NCBI GenBank assembly: GCA_034226945.1
Contig: CP120460.1
Span: 806,001 to 870,000, forward strand
Source of the DNA: Picochlorum sp. SENEW3
Taxonomy: Eukaryota
Reading direction: 5' to 3'
Length of the DNA: 64,000 nt
Shown here: in pieces, positions 44,099 to 56,611 of the stretch
How the letters are laid out: each line of letters opens with the position of its first letter
Position numbering within the stretch: position 1 is the stretch's first letter
Notes under the pieces: model-generated
What the model saw: only the letters and a program-made list of their open reading frames with translations
What the model was told of the DNA's origin: nothing
Databases searched by the model: none
Position numbers and translations under genes: made by a program

Positions 44099-45517
44099 TC
44101 AACCTGGTAGGACTTTCGGAGAAGTTATACTCACGTGCTGTTTCCTAGCATTTCCTCTACTTGGGACAAGCACACCGAGTTCTGGTTGAAGCTTTTGCAA
44201 TTTTCTCAGCTCCACCTCGATGCGAATAAATATCCACTGGAATCGCCTAAAAGCTTCCAAAAGAACAATACAAAAAACTATCAAATGATCTCTTCTTAAA
44301 TGAGGACTCAACTTGTACGTCCAAGAAAGGCGAAGCATCAAGTTTGAAATCATCAGGTAGTAATATGTTCTTCTAGAAAAATTTGTTGGTTGCGGAAGAA
44401 TTGTTCTTGCATGAAGTCTTTTGTGTGATCCTATCTGGGAGAAGAAGGAAATTTCCCAATCCCTCTCAATATCCCAGAAGTAACTAAACCCAGAGTTCAC
44501 ACATGCTGCAAGCAACCACAATGGCTTCCATAAACTAACCCAAGAGTCATGAGCAACGTGATACTTGGCAAATGAAAGAAACACGACAGGAAAGGCTGTC
44601 ATATATTTCAGTGCATTCCACAGTTGCTGCTTATTACCCGTGTCAATGTAAACTCTAATACACTGTATAAACCGCCAAAAATATGGCATCACAAGCCCTA
44701 TGGGAATAATCCAGCTAGCATCAGTACATTGCTCCGGTGTCCCAGACAAAATAGGTCCACTCACCATGGAGCAGATTGCGCGTTCAATATCAGAGAGACC
44801 TTTGGCAAGAGATGTCAGAATATCAGCTAATAAAAAATCACCCCATGCTACACTTCGGACTGGGGTCAGAACTCGCCAAAATGTAGTAGCAAAGTATCTC
44901 CGGGTATCTCTATAGAAAATTGGAAAAGGCATCACGAGTACCAACAATGTTACCATGTACAAAAGGACTGGCTGTAAAGCAGCAGCCCGCAGCATTCCTG
45001 ATGCAGTAAACATCAGAAATAGAGACGCAGAGCTGAGAAGGCCACACGATAACGTGTTGCACATCTTTAATATCTCAACGCTATGCAGCAGATAACTTCG
45101 ATCACGTTCTTCGAAGCACATGTCATAGCGCAAGCCAGTCTTCTCAAAGTAGAGCACATTGATTCCCCATCCCCACAACATCATCAAAAATGGGACCAAA
45201 GGCTGGTAGTATAAGTAAAATAACTCAATCTGCCCAACACTGACCACATTTAATAGCTTTCTTATCAGGAATACAAGGAGAATATTCAAGATACCGACAA
45301 ATATCTGCCTCTTCCCAATAAAGGGAATCTTCCTGAAAAACATTCTCAGGATGAGCCGCGCATTCACAGAGAATACTCGCCACGCGTCCCTATCCTTTTG
45401 AATACTAGAATCGTCTACGATTGGACTGTCCAAATCACGCGTGCCTCCACTGCTGACCCTCTTCACTCCCCTTCTCCCTCTTGAAGCAGCAAGAGACAAT
45501 CCACGCCTGCACGCCAT
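44099..45517 (-). CDS. EXS-family (ERD1/XPR1/SYG1) membrane protein
   Basis: DFLLADILTS, RFIQCIR, NALKY, YFWDIERDW, LRLSWTYKLS and EAFRRFQWIFIRIEVE. Confidence 0.9.
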   Translation of the reverse strand: MACRRGLSLAASRGRRGVKRVSSGGTRDLDSPIVDDSSIQKDRDAWRVFSVNARLILRMFFRKIPFIGKRQIFVGILNILLVFLIRKLLNVVSVGQIELFYLYYQPLVPFLMMLWGWGINVLYFEKTGLRYDMCFEERDRSYLLHSVEILKMCNTLSCGLLSSASLFLMFTASGMLRAAALQPVLLYMVTLLVLVMPFPIFYRDTRRYFATTFWRVLTPVRSVAWGDFLLADILTSLAKGLSDIERAICSMVSGPILSGTPEQCTDASWIIPIGLVMPYFWRFIQCIRVYIDTGNKQQLWNALKYMTAFPVVFLSFAKYHVAHDSWVSLWKPLWLLAACVNSGFSYFWDIERDWEISFFSQIGSHKRLHARTILPQPTNFSRRTYYYLMISNLMLRLSWTYKLSPHLRRDHLIVFCIVLLEAFRRFQWIFIRIEVELRKLQKLQPELGVLVPSRGNARKQHVSITSPKVLPG

Positions 45518-45925
45518 AAAACGACAGCATTATCAACTCAGGATACCATTGATGCGTATCATAATACATCGGCAGTACCTGGGGGCACAAGTAAATGAAA
45601 TATACCTCCCTGGCCCAGGATCTGTCCGAACAAAATGTTGCCGAGGACTCCAACGATATTTGGGACGAGACTGGATGCAAACCAGGTTAGTATTCATTCC
45701 ATTGAGGTAAATAATGTCATTATTAAAGTCACCATATGAGATCTTAGCGAAATTGTATCAAATGACTTCATTCAAACAATGGTGAATGAAGTCTCCCATC
45801 AGACCTATCATTGACCGGAGCATACGCTACAGGATGATCCTGCCCTGATTGGTATAGGATGCGTTGGACACGTACCTGGGGCTTTGATTTTAGAATAACG
45901 GTCCAAAATAATCACGTGGGGTAGC

Positions 45926-48900
45926 ATGGACCCAACGGTGTTCGGTACTGCCACAAAGAACCTTGCAAGAAAGTTAAATACGCAAGTTTCTAAAGTTCGA
46001 GAGACTCGGGAAGTTCCCGTGGATGATTTACGCGATCAGGACGTATTTTTGAAATTTAGAAGCCATACTGGGTTTCCTGATGGGGTTGATAGCCTGGCAT
46101 ATGACTCAAGACAAAAGTTATTAGCGGTAGGTGGTTGCTTTCAGTTGGGTCATTTTGACTACAGCATGATCTTTTTTGAGTGGGGGGGTATAGCCCTAGG
46201 TTGGGATTAGCAAATGATTTGATTCGATTATATGTAGGTTGGGACTCGGGATGGTAGAATCAAGATCATTGGCTGCGATGGTGTGGAGTGCATGCTGACT
46301 GGGGAGGAAGTCGAGAGTAGGACAATCTTTCTGGGTTTTTTAAAGAACAGGCCTGAACTTCTCAGTGTGTATGAGAATGGAAAGATCAATCTTTTCGATT
46401 TAGAGAATGAAGATGTTATAGATTCTACTTGCGTGTGCCCAGAGCATAGAGTTACGGATGTCACAGTTGTTCCTGGAGGTCCCTACATGCTGGTGGGCTG
46501 TGATGATGGCAATGCTAGGGTCATTCATGTGGGAAACAAGTTTCCATCTGGAGAGACTGTTGAAAAGGGTATTTTATTGAAGCCTTACAAGATATTTAGA
46601 GAGGATTTAGAGATGTCTGGAGATTTGGTGTGCATTGAGAGTGTGTTGAATGGAGATAGGCCATTCATTCTTTTCGTGTATAGTGAGTCTGGAGCTCTTG
46701 TATGGGATGTCAGGGCGGAAAAAATTCTTTCAAGGATTCCAGATACAGATAATGCGATGAGTAGGCCGATGTGCGCATGCTGGGTTGGAGATAGGGCGAA
46801 TTGCTTCGCTATTGGCTATGAGGATGGCTCAATTATGGTTTGGGGAGTATCTGCATCTACGTTGAAAGTCCATCCATCGAAACTGTCACATTACGAGGAT
46901 TCCGTGCTAGTTTTACACCTTGAGGTATCTCCAATCAATCCCTCTCCAATAAAAGCCCTAAGTTTTGTCCGTGGAACCCAGGGAACGCCATATGGAAAGG
47001 ATTGCTTGCTCGTCTTGGGAGGCCAGAGCAAGGATGCACCTGACATGCTGTCCCTTGTCTCACTGGAGCCAGAAGGCAATACAAATGACGTACAAATGAT
47101 TCCATGGTTTGGAGAAATTATTTCACACACGTTATTGAATGGATCAGAAGAAAAGCAGGATGATGGGCCATGCACAGATGGTATTCTGATCCTGACTGAA
47201 GGAGGTCAAATTGTCGTACATGATATGTCGTCGTGGGAACCCTTACCAGTGTCGTTAAAATTCCAAGAACTTCCACCGATTACGTGCAGCGCATTCTTGC
47301 CAAGCATATCTCTGAAACACTCACATTCGCCATCTTTGAAAACCCTGCGATACCTATCTTGGAAGAGAGTAGAAGATTCTAGGTGGCCTTTCAATGGTGG
47401 AGTCCCTCCGTCGAACTATTTCATATCAGAAACAGATTATATGAATGGAGAAGTTGATTCATCATCGCATCCTAGTGGTGTGGTTTTGATAGGCCACAGA
47501 GATGGTAGGGTTCGAGTATGGGATGCAGTTTCACAAGTACCAAAGCTCATGTGCACTGTTCCGCAATCTAATGAAATATTTTCAGAGGAGGGCAGAACGA
47601 TGCCAGTCTTGTGTTTCGACGTTTGCCCAATATCGGGCTTATTGGCCGTTGGACATGCTGGAGGCCTGGTGAGACTGTACCAGTTTTCCACTTCTCCTCA
47701 GTCAGTTCGCAAGGTCACTCTGGGATCATCAGCTCCTTTTGACAGCCAGGTCGACCAAGGGCCTGGATGGCAATATTTAATGAAATACTCACCGCATTCA
47801 GACGATATCACTTCCGTTTCTGTGGCTTCCAAACTTGGATTTTTAGCTGTGGGTGATCACTCAGGATGTGTGTCTCTGGTGAATCTATCATCTCCCGCCA
47901 GAATGATGGAGCATCATCTGAGAGCACCGATTATATCGCTGAAATTTGCAGTTATTAATAAAGACTTAGCATCCCTGCGAGATGGAGCTGAGTCTCTCAC
48001 AGGGTATGTGTAGCAATATATTTGTATCAAATGAATGTGATCAAGTGATAGATAAAATGCCCATGTGTTCCCTGCAGTTTATTTTGCCTCGCCCAAGACG
48101 GGTCATTGGATATCATCGACTGTGAGAAAAATGTTTCTCTTCTTTCGAAGCCTTTACGAGCGAAGAATCAGTCAAAGCCCTTACACATGGCCCTTCTATC
48201 TGCTGATGGTTCTGTCTTGCCAAATTTGTCAGCAGAGCTGGAGCTCACGTGGGCCGATAACAATTCGACATCAAAACCCAGGACATTAGGAATGACAAAA
48301 TTAACCCAGGCATCCCAAGGAAGAAGACTTGGAGACACGGTTAAAGAATTTGATGTAGAAGAGCTGGAGAAGAGAGATTCGCTGCAGGAAGACGATCTGC
48401 ATGACATAAATACAGATGCAGACCTGTGGAACGGTGTTCCCACATCACCCTCCCATAAAAGCGAAAATTATCCAAATGATTCATTTTACTCTTCATACTT
48501 CACTCGGAATGGGGCAGAACCTTGTAGCTTAATTTTCATTGGCAGCTCTGAATATTTAAGACTGTATTCTATAGGTGAGTTTCATAAGTATGATAAATAT
48601 TCGACTGGCTTCTTACTGTATGCTATGATTATTTTGTTCAGATGCCGTACTCAAGGGAGAAAGAAGTTCAGAGAGGAAAGTAAAGTTTGAGGAACCAATT
48701 CTTTCTTGTAGTTCTTTCCATTCCATATCTGGATCCGGCCTGTTGACTGTATCGAAGACGATATCCTGTTATACTCTACCAGGACTTCAACTTGTCGGCA
48801 GTAATGATCACTACGGCCTGAGAAAGTCCCCTGGTTCGGTGACAAGTGCCCCAGTATCCATGGATGGACAAGTGTTCATTACCAGCAAAACGAATGAAAT

Positions 48901-49525
48901 CCTCAGATTTTCAAGTCTTGTCAGGGCTCCTCCCCCCATTGGACCACAGCAACTAGTGAGAAGGCAGTCGCTTACCCCCAAGTTAGTCAATCAACAATCT
49001 GAAGGGTCTAAAGTAGGCCCAAAAGGGCAAGCAGGCATTTCTAATATTTTCGGTACCGTCAAAGGTGCTGCCACAGCTGCATCTGGGATGATGATGCAAG
49101 AGATTGAGAAAATGTCGAAAACTCGTGATTTACCCGCACTTGGTGAAGTATTCCAAAAACAAGTTTACTCGCTCGACGATGAAATCGAGAGCATTTCAGA
49201 TGACGATTCTGTGCCATGCAGTACAAGCACTACTCCGCAGGCTACTACAGTCCAACGCCGCTCTGAACTGCTAGGATCCAAAAGCAGTGACAAAACGGCC
49301 AAAAGAACTGCATCTGCTGTTAAGAGGCACTACCGACCGGCAACGAAGACCGACGATGTGCGTTCAGTGATGGAAAAGAATAGGAACCTGCTTGAAGAAA
49401 GAGGTCAAAAACTGAAGAATCTAGAAGAGCAGTCTGCAGCTCTCCAAAATGATACTGAAAACTTTGCAAGCATGGCTCAAGACCTTGAAAAAGCTTTTGC
49501 AGAGAGAAAGTGGTGGCACTTCTGA
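45926..49525 (+). CDS. Tomosyn/Lgl-like protein (WD40 plus C-terminal R-SNARE)
   Basis: SLAYDSRQKLLA/VGTRDGRIKIIG, GHRDGRVRVWD, and the C-terminus MEKNRNLLEERGQKLKNLEEQSAALQNDTENFASMA. Several introns. Confidence 0.88.
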
Positions 49526-49754
49526 GGTATCCCTGTTTCCAACCACCAAATTTGGTCATTTAAATGATGTAAAATTCTCAAGCCGAGGGCATGCTCTTCG
49601 TGAAGATACCATCTGCCCTAGGGGCAGATACCTGTCATTTTTGGTCTTCTTGCTCCCATGGAACTCAATCATTTTTTATCTTTTGCATTACGTTTGTATC
49701 TATTTGTTTTGGCAGAAAGAAAGCATTTTTTAACGCATTTTGTGACGAACCAGC

Positions 49755-50981
49755 ATGAGTTGCGGCATGCCTTTGCTCCGACACAATTCTTCACATGCTC
49801 GATCTCGAGATTCCATGATGCGATTAATTTCAAATAAACGGGAATCTTTTACCCACGGTTTGCAGATAGGCAAAAGACGAGGCGTCCCTGGTGAGTTCGG
49901 TCAAACCTGGCCTGCATGTTGCCAACTCAAGACTCATCCTGCATTGCGTTCAACTGCAGGATTTGCGGAGAGATCTGATACACAAACAAGCGTAGCTTGG
50001 GATCCTGAAGGTATATATAAGGATACAGTTCCTCAGAAAGGAGGGTATTTCTCAAGTGTGAAGCCAGTGGAAACAGTTGATGAAGAGTTGGATCCAGTCT
50101 TTCTGAAGCAGAATCCAATAAAGCCCTTGAAAGGTAAACTTACAAACACGATGAAGCTGAAAAAGATACTGCTAGATCGATATATGCCTGTGAATTTGGA
50201 TTTGCCAAATGTACAATTGCTTCATCTTGATCCTCCCATATTTTTGGTTGAAAACTTCTGGAGCAAAGCAAAATGTAAGGAATTGATTGAGGAATTGCGT
50301 GCTACTGGTAGGATGGCACAAAGCACTGTGGGTGCTGGTAATTTATACTCGTCTTCTGTGAAGGATTCCAACAGAAGAACATCTTCTTCTGTCCTCATTG
50401 ATAACCAACTCCAAGAAGAATTTCCCAGGATTGGATCGTTTGCAGAGGAGATCCAGCAGAACGCATTTGAAATTTTACAAGGAAATAGGTTGGGACAATG
50501 GGGTCGATCTGGTAAGCAGCCATTGTTCCAACAATATTGTTTTGAAGCCCTTCAAGCAGCTGAATATCAGCAGGGACAGCATTTTTTAGAGCACGAAGAT
50601 GCGTTCCCCGTGTCAGTTGCGGAAGAAAATAAATTTCAAAGGCATGCAACTGTGCTCCTTTATCTGAATGATGTGGAACAGGGAGGTGAGACAACGTTCA
50701 GTCATCTGAATATATCTGTCAAGCCTAGAGGTGGCAGCGCCTTGATTTTCTTCCCATCCTTCTCCGACGGGACGCCCGACCACAGAACTCTCCATATTGC
50801 TACAGATGCAGAAGATGTTAAATGGGTAACACAGCAATGGATTTCTAGAGGTTTCAATTCACGATTGGCATCTCAGAAACAACTGGCAGAGGAGGGCAAG
50901 GTTGATGCTGTTCTGAGCCGCAGAAAAGCCAAGGGAGCAAAGAAGAAGGCAAAGGGAAGTGGAAAAGGCTTCTCAATGTGA
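49755..50981 (+). CDS. Prolyl 4-hydroxylase-like 2OG-Fe(II) oxygenase, probably plastid-targeted
   Basis: DPPIFLVENF, RRTSSS, YQQGQHFLEHED, ATVLLYLNDVEQGGETTF, RTLH and KWVTQQW. Confidence 0.87.
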   Translation: MSCGMPLLRHNSSHARSRDSMMRLISNKRESFTHGLQIGKRRGVPGEFGQTWPACCQLKTHPALRSTAGFAERSDTQTSVAWDPEGIYKDTVPQKGGYFSSVKPVETVDEELDPVFLKQNPIKPLKGKLTNTMKLKKILLDRYMPVNLDLPNVQLLHLDPPIFLVENFWSKAKCKELIEELRATGRMAQSTVGAGNLYSSSVKDSNRRTSSSVLIDNQLQEEFPRIGSFAEEIQQNAFEILQGNRLGQWGRSGKQPLFQQYCFEALQAAEYQQGQHFLEHEDAFPVSVAEENKFQRHATVLLYLNDVEQGGETTFSHLNISVKPRGGSALIFFPSFSDGTPDHRTLHIATDAEDVKWVTQQWISRGFNSRLASQKQLAEEGKVDAVLSRRKAKGAKKKAKGSGKGFSM

Positions 50982-51603
50982 TTTTCAATCAAATGTAATG
51001 TACGCATAATAGACGACATTGGATCATCATAGGGCTCCGCCAGGAACAGTTCTGTCCACGTTAACGTGCCAACGTTGGCAATTGGGCGCCCAGGCTGGGC
51101 GCCCTGTTGAGTTGAATTCCAACGACCAAAATGCAGATGCAGCCAGCGACGTCAGTTACAGAAAATTGCAAACTAACACTTTCACAGTCAAATAACTGAC
51201 TTTGAAAACATAAATATTCGTGATTAGACGCATACGTGGCTGTTATACAAAAACTCCAACGTTGTGCATTCCACGTGGATTTAGATTTCGAAATTCGAGT
51301 CGAGACCGGTTTCACAATCGAGCCTCCACTCGCAATCTAGAGTATCAAAGTATGTTTCTTCTATTAATTTTGTGACTATGAATCCATTATGGTGCTGTTA
51401 TGTATGGTTTGATGGTAGATGACAAGTTGGCCAGGAAACCGTCGACGAGTCCGCCAACCAACCTACGAATGCCACCAGTACGCGCATGTAGATCCTCTTC
51501 GAACTCGAACTTGACATTAGACAGTCTTACTATTCTTCTTTTGCGCTTCAGGTACCTCATTGATGATAGAATAGTTTTGACGGATTTTCAACGACATCTC
51601 AAC

Positions 51604-54020
51604 ATGCGTGGAAAAAATCTTTTGGTGGCTGCCGTGGTTCTCGGTGCAGGTGAGTGTCTTCATTTTATGTCCTTTTGGGGAAATTGAGGGTCAAGAATGC
51701 GAATTCTTTGCTTGCTCGATGCGTCGGTTGGGAGTATCGCTTTTGTAGGTTGTCACCTCACTTGATACTAGATACCCAACCGCAGTTTAGCCAACCCAAC
51801 CGCAGGCGTTTCTCTGTGGTTCTCTCCACGTATACTGACTATTTCTTATTATTACATCCAGTTACGTACATGCGCCCGGTGCGTCGCGTTCGCCAGATAG
51901 CTGCTGCGATTCGTATAATTTCCCAACGGCGGAAGACGAGTACCAGCAGGCCTCCGGTGAACCATGGTTTGGCCAAGGTAGCCGAGCCGAGAGAAGCATT
52001 GGTGGTGCCAGTGAAGAATACTGCCTGTCTCATAAGCAGGAATGCGCTTGAAAATGAAAAAGAACAACAGTGTGTTCCCACCGCTGCGATAAGAGGCTCG
52101 TCTCGAGATGGCTTGATAACCGGTTGCATTCCAAAGCAGATGGCATATCCTTTGATTTTCAGAGTGGTTGATCGAAGGGTGCTTGGCGCGGTGTCACAAC
52201 CTGCAATCGACACTATTGAGCAACCTGAAACTGAATCGAACAAGGTGATGAGTCGCGCCTTGGTTCCACGCGCCTTTGGAAGACTCTTGCTACAGAATGA
52301 GCGTAAAGAAACAGCCCAGCATTCCGGTTCAGCCAAAGTACTGCCAAGGATCTGGCCTGAATGGAACACGTCTTACACTGCAGTCAGGAATACGAGCTGT
52401 TATGTTGAGGACGTGAGCAAGGATGCACTCGAAAATGATGGATATTATGAGGATTATGAGGATAATTATGATGAGTACGAGTCGCTGTGGTCGCCATCCG
52501 CAGTCAGAACGAGCAATAGACTTGAGCATGTTCTGTATAGATTGGGAATGCTCGAAAATCTCCAATATATGTTTCAGACGTCTGAATGCTGCGAGTCATA
52601 TTACGAAAGTGATGAATACAGCGAGGATGACTCTGAGGACTATTCCGGGCAGTACTGGCATCAAGGCCCCTCAGCATTCAATTCCTTTCTTGAAGATGAC
52701 TTTCCATATTCTAATGTTCATATGGGAACATACGGAGAAAATGCAAATGGTTTTGAAGGAATTGGGGAAGATTTCACGAGCAATGCTACCTCCAGTGACA
52801 GATTCTCGTCAGGTTTTTCAGAATTTCCATTTGCAGGAGATGACATCTTGGAACAAGTTCTCCATAGAGTTAGAAAGGTGCAAGATTTTGCATACATGTT
52901 TCCTTCTCCATGCAATGCAGAGTCAGAGTCGGAGTACGACGACGATATTACGTCTGAAGAGGATATACTGCTGGAATGCTCCGAGGATGAGGAATTACAG
53001 ATTAGCAGTGAAGACTACAGTGACTACAGTCTAAGCCTCGAAGAAGAAGTTGATAGCTATAAAACATATGTTTCTGAGCACTATGACTACGTGGACATGC
53101 AATGCTCGCCTCAAAAAGGACTTTACTCTTCGCCTCAAAAAGAAGCCCTCGGGAATGGCACTGCTGCATCCTCAAAGGCCATCCCCACAGCCCAGAGTCC
53201 TACAAAGCCTATCATCAAGAAGTCGAACTGCGCACATCACAGGGTTGATAGCCTCATGAGATCTGAATCCCTAGATTCTGCTGAATCGATCGGTCCTAGG
53301 CCAGAATCGGTAGGTGTCAACACAAAAAACAATGAGATGAGCATTCTTGCCAGGCTGCCATGCACCACTGCATCAAGAACGAAAAATAGGACGCCTGCAG
53401 TACCAAAGATACCTGTAGCTGAAGAAACTGGTGTACGTGCGTCGCCAGTCGATGAGCAAGCTCGAGATACGATCAGCAAAGTCAAAAGACCAGCCCCTAA
53501 GCAAAGAGTGTATACCTGGGAAGAAAAAGGCAAGGCCATCGCTGAAGAGGCTGTCGAAAGTTTTGAACTGACAGATGATGAAAAAGCCATCCTTGCTTAT
53601 ATACATAAAAAGGATGCCGAGAGATATCCAGATGGCCCACCTTGCTGCTCAAAAGATGTGCCACATCTCAAAAAGAAAGTCCACAGCAAGACACCAGCTG
53701 GCGGACAGGATGATTTTCCTGATTGCGAATTCATCCCCACAGGATTCAATAAGTTTGGGAGTATCGAAGGAGACTTGATTTTGTCCGGAGGCATGGACAT
53801 GGAAGAACAAAAGAGGAGATGGGATGAACTTACTGCATCACTCAAGGAGCCATCCAAGCACAACTCAAAACCAAAGGAAGATTTTGACATGGAGCTGGAG
53901 GGAATCCTGTCCACAGAAGAAATTGAAGATCAAAAGAGAATGTATGAGGAAATCTCGCGCGCTTATACCAGAAAAACTACCAACGATGGCCTGACGCAGG
54001 ACTATCGTCCCATAAGATGA
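51604..54020 (+). CDS. Lineage-specific hypothetical protein (basic N-terminus, acidic Tyr/Ser-rich core with internal repeats)
   Basis: 788-codon open frame. Likely first exon 51604-51649 (MRGKNLLVAAVVLGA|GTGAGT) spliced at CCAG 51860. Confidence 0.6.
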
Positions 54021-54403
54021 GCACGAGACCAGTGTACAGCCAGAACACCATAAACCTGGGTCTCTGTGCAGCAATGGTCTGAAAACTTGTCGTTAGAACA
54101 TGATTGCCCCGTTTTCCCATTGAAATTCTGTAACCAAACAAATTTCGTTGCATGTATCTAGCGCATATGACAGGGGTGTTGTGTATCACCCATATGGGTG
54201 ATGGCCATGAGGCTGTTTTCACTGTGGTACAACAATGCTCATCATCATCTACTCATATCCTCGAGAGGGCATGGGCGCAATGCTGATTATTATTCACATT
54301 CAACTGCGTGTAGATTTTACAATAGGCATCCCGATGAAGGAGTGCAACTCATTGTTTGGCGCATTGCCCACAACAATTTTCACCAAAATGACCTCACTGG
54401 CTT

Positions 54404-55000
54404 GAGGTATATCAATTTGCTACATACCCAGGAATCACTCATACAAGTCTACAATCTCTTGATGGCATGAGAGATCGCTCCATCAGGATTGGATCAGCAG
54501 GAAAGACATTTAGCTTTACTGATTTCAAAGTTGGTTGGTTAGTAGGTCCGAAAGAACTCGTTGCTGCATGCGCCAAAGCGCATCAATTTCTGACATTTAG
54601 TATAAATTCAAAGCTTCAGAGTTCAGTATCATATGGATTAGATAATTGCAAAGATTTCTATACTACACTGGGGTCTGTATTCAAAAAGAAGAGAGATCGC
54701 CTGCAAGAGAGGCTACAAGGCCTGGGCTTCATTGTCCTTCCAGCTCAAGGAACATACTTTTTGGTAGCTGATTTTGCGCCCATCATGAAGCAATGTGGAA
54801 GGGATCTCAATGACTCTGAATTTTGTATTGAGTTGACAGAAAAGGCGGGAGTAACTGTCCTTCCAATTTCAGCATTCTATCCATCTGGCTGCAACCATTG
54901 CCATGTGCCTAGAACACTTGTGAGATTTGTCATCTGCAAAACGGATGAGAAACTCGACGATAGCTGCAATAAATTAGAAAATTATATATTAAATTTGTGA
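54404..55000 (+). pseudogene. 5'-truncated class I/II aminotransferase (kynurenine/methionine aminotransferase type)
   Basis: EVY...HTSLQSLDGMRDRSIRIGSAGKTFS...KVGW...AHQFLTF...QGTYFLVAD...VRFVICK. In-frame stop just upstream, and no NTPHNP or other N-terminal half in the window. Confidence 0.7.
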
Positions 55001-55004
55001 AACG

Positions 55005-56294
55005 ATGGAAAGGGAGACGTCTATAGCTGAGAGAGCAACTCCTTTGCGCAAAGGTCCTTTAAGTTACATTGACACATTTATCAAAGCCATCCCCGATTTA
55101 TGGTCTCCTGAGAATCCTGAAGGATGGATTGCCGTTGTAGTAGCAGAAAATAAGCTTGACTATGGTAACAAGGCATTTCTTACCAGGATGAACGAAGTGT
55201 CTGTTTCAGAGCTGGGAGTCATGAATTATGGCAACATGAAAGGGTGGCCTCCTCTGCAGCAGGCAGTGTGTGATCTCATGAACCGAACATTTGCCCCACA
55301 GGTAGATCTGAACCCATCAAATCTCATCATCCTATCTGGCTGCAGCTCAATCATTGATAGTCTGGCTTTCTGCATCTGTAACCCAGGGGAAGGTGTTTTG
55401 ATTCCTCAACCAAGTTATGCAGCATTTGATAACGATCTGAAAGCGCGCAGTCACCTCGTGCCAGTAGAGTTACCTCTCTCTGACAGAGGAGAGGGTATTT
55501 TTGAGCAGCTGGATGACGCAGTGTCCAGAGCACAGGAAAATGGAGTCAAAATCACTGCCTTGCTCATAACCAATCCAAACAATCCACTTGGAACGATGTA
55601 CAGAGATTCGACCATAGAGGACATGATCCAGTGGTGCATGAATAACACGATACATTATATATCTGATGAGATTTATGCCTTGTCGGTCCATGAACCAGGC
55701 ATGACATTTACATCAGCACTGTGCAAGGTGGAGGCCATGATTCACGAGAATAAAATTAGCAGACATGATGCAAAGGAGTATTTCCATACGATTTATGGCC
55801 TTAGTAAGGATTGGTGTGCTTCAGGTCTTCGAATAGGGTGTCTGTACTCTAATAATAGCCATCTCCAGGAAGCCATGAATAGCCTCGCTCCGTTTGGAGG
55901 GGTGAGCAATTATCAGCAACAAGTCCTTGCTGAGGTTCTCTCTGATACAACGTGGACCGAGACTTTTTTGACAGAAAATATCAAAACTGTTCGACAGTCA
56001 TACAAAATTCTCACACGTGGACTCGATACAATGAATATTGCCTACCAACCAGCCACTGCTGGTATCTTTCTTTGGGCTGATATGAGACAGTTCCTCACAG
56101 AAGCTTCTTGGGAAGGTGAGAGGGCTCTATGGAACTCCATTTGTGATTCTTGCAAAGTCATCCTCACACCTGGAGAGAGCTGCCATGCTCAAGAACCAGG
56201 CTATTTCAGGATTTGTTATGCTTCTGTTTTGCCAAGAGCACTGGAAGTGATGATTGAGAGGCTGGGACATTTCTTCAACCAGAAGAAAGTATAG
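55005..56294 (+). CDS. ACC synthase-like PLP-dependent aminotransferase (class I/II)
   Basis: NPEGWI.V.VAENKL, LITNPNNPLG, ISDEIYALS, GLSKDWCASGLRIG, LTPGESCH..EPGYFRICYA. Confidence 0.88.
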   Translation: MERETSIAERATPLRKGPLSYIDTFIKAIPDLWSPENPEGWIAVVVAENKLDYGNKAFLTRMNEVSVSELGVMNYGNMKGWPPLQQAVCDLMNRTFAPQVDLNPSNLIILSGCSSIIDSLAFCICNPGEGVLIPQPSYAAFDNDLKARSHLVPVELPLSDRGEGIFEQLDDAVSRAQENGVKITALLITNPNNPLGTMYRDSTIEDMIQWCMNNTIHYISDEIYALSVHEPGMTFTSALCKVEAMIHENKISRHDAKEYFHTIYGLSKDWCASGLRIGCLYSNNSHLQEAMNSLAPFGGVSNYQQQVLAEVLSDTTWTETFLTENIKTVRQSYKILTRGLDTMNIAYQPATAGIFLWADMRQFLTEASWEGERALWNSICDSCKVILTPGESCHAQEPGYFRICYASVLPRALEVMIERLGHFFNQKKV

Positions 56295-56611
56295 TGCCAT
56301 CTTTCTTCTGCCACAGGCAAACAAATGTTCCACTCATCGATAGTCCCTGTCAGGATCCAAGAGGAAGTGCATATTCATGTTGACATGCGGATGAATGAAT
56401 ATTCTCCGTGCATTTTGGTGGGAATCTCTGTTCTCCGCTCTGTACAGAATTCTGTATTCGAATAGGGACCCTCGCTGAGGGAGATTCGGATCTCCATCTG
56501 ACACTCTTCGATCACATGCGACTGGTCTCCCATACCTCTATGGCCCCTATTTTTGTAAATAAATTTGATAATTGTACCGGATGGGTCATTCTCAAACAGT
56601 AATATAATTCT

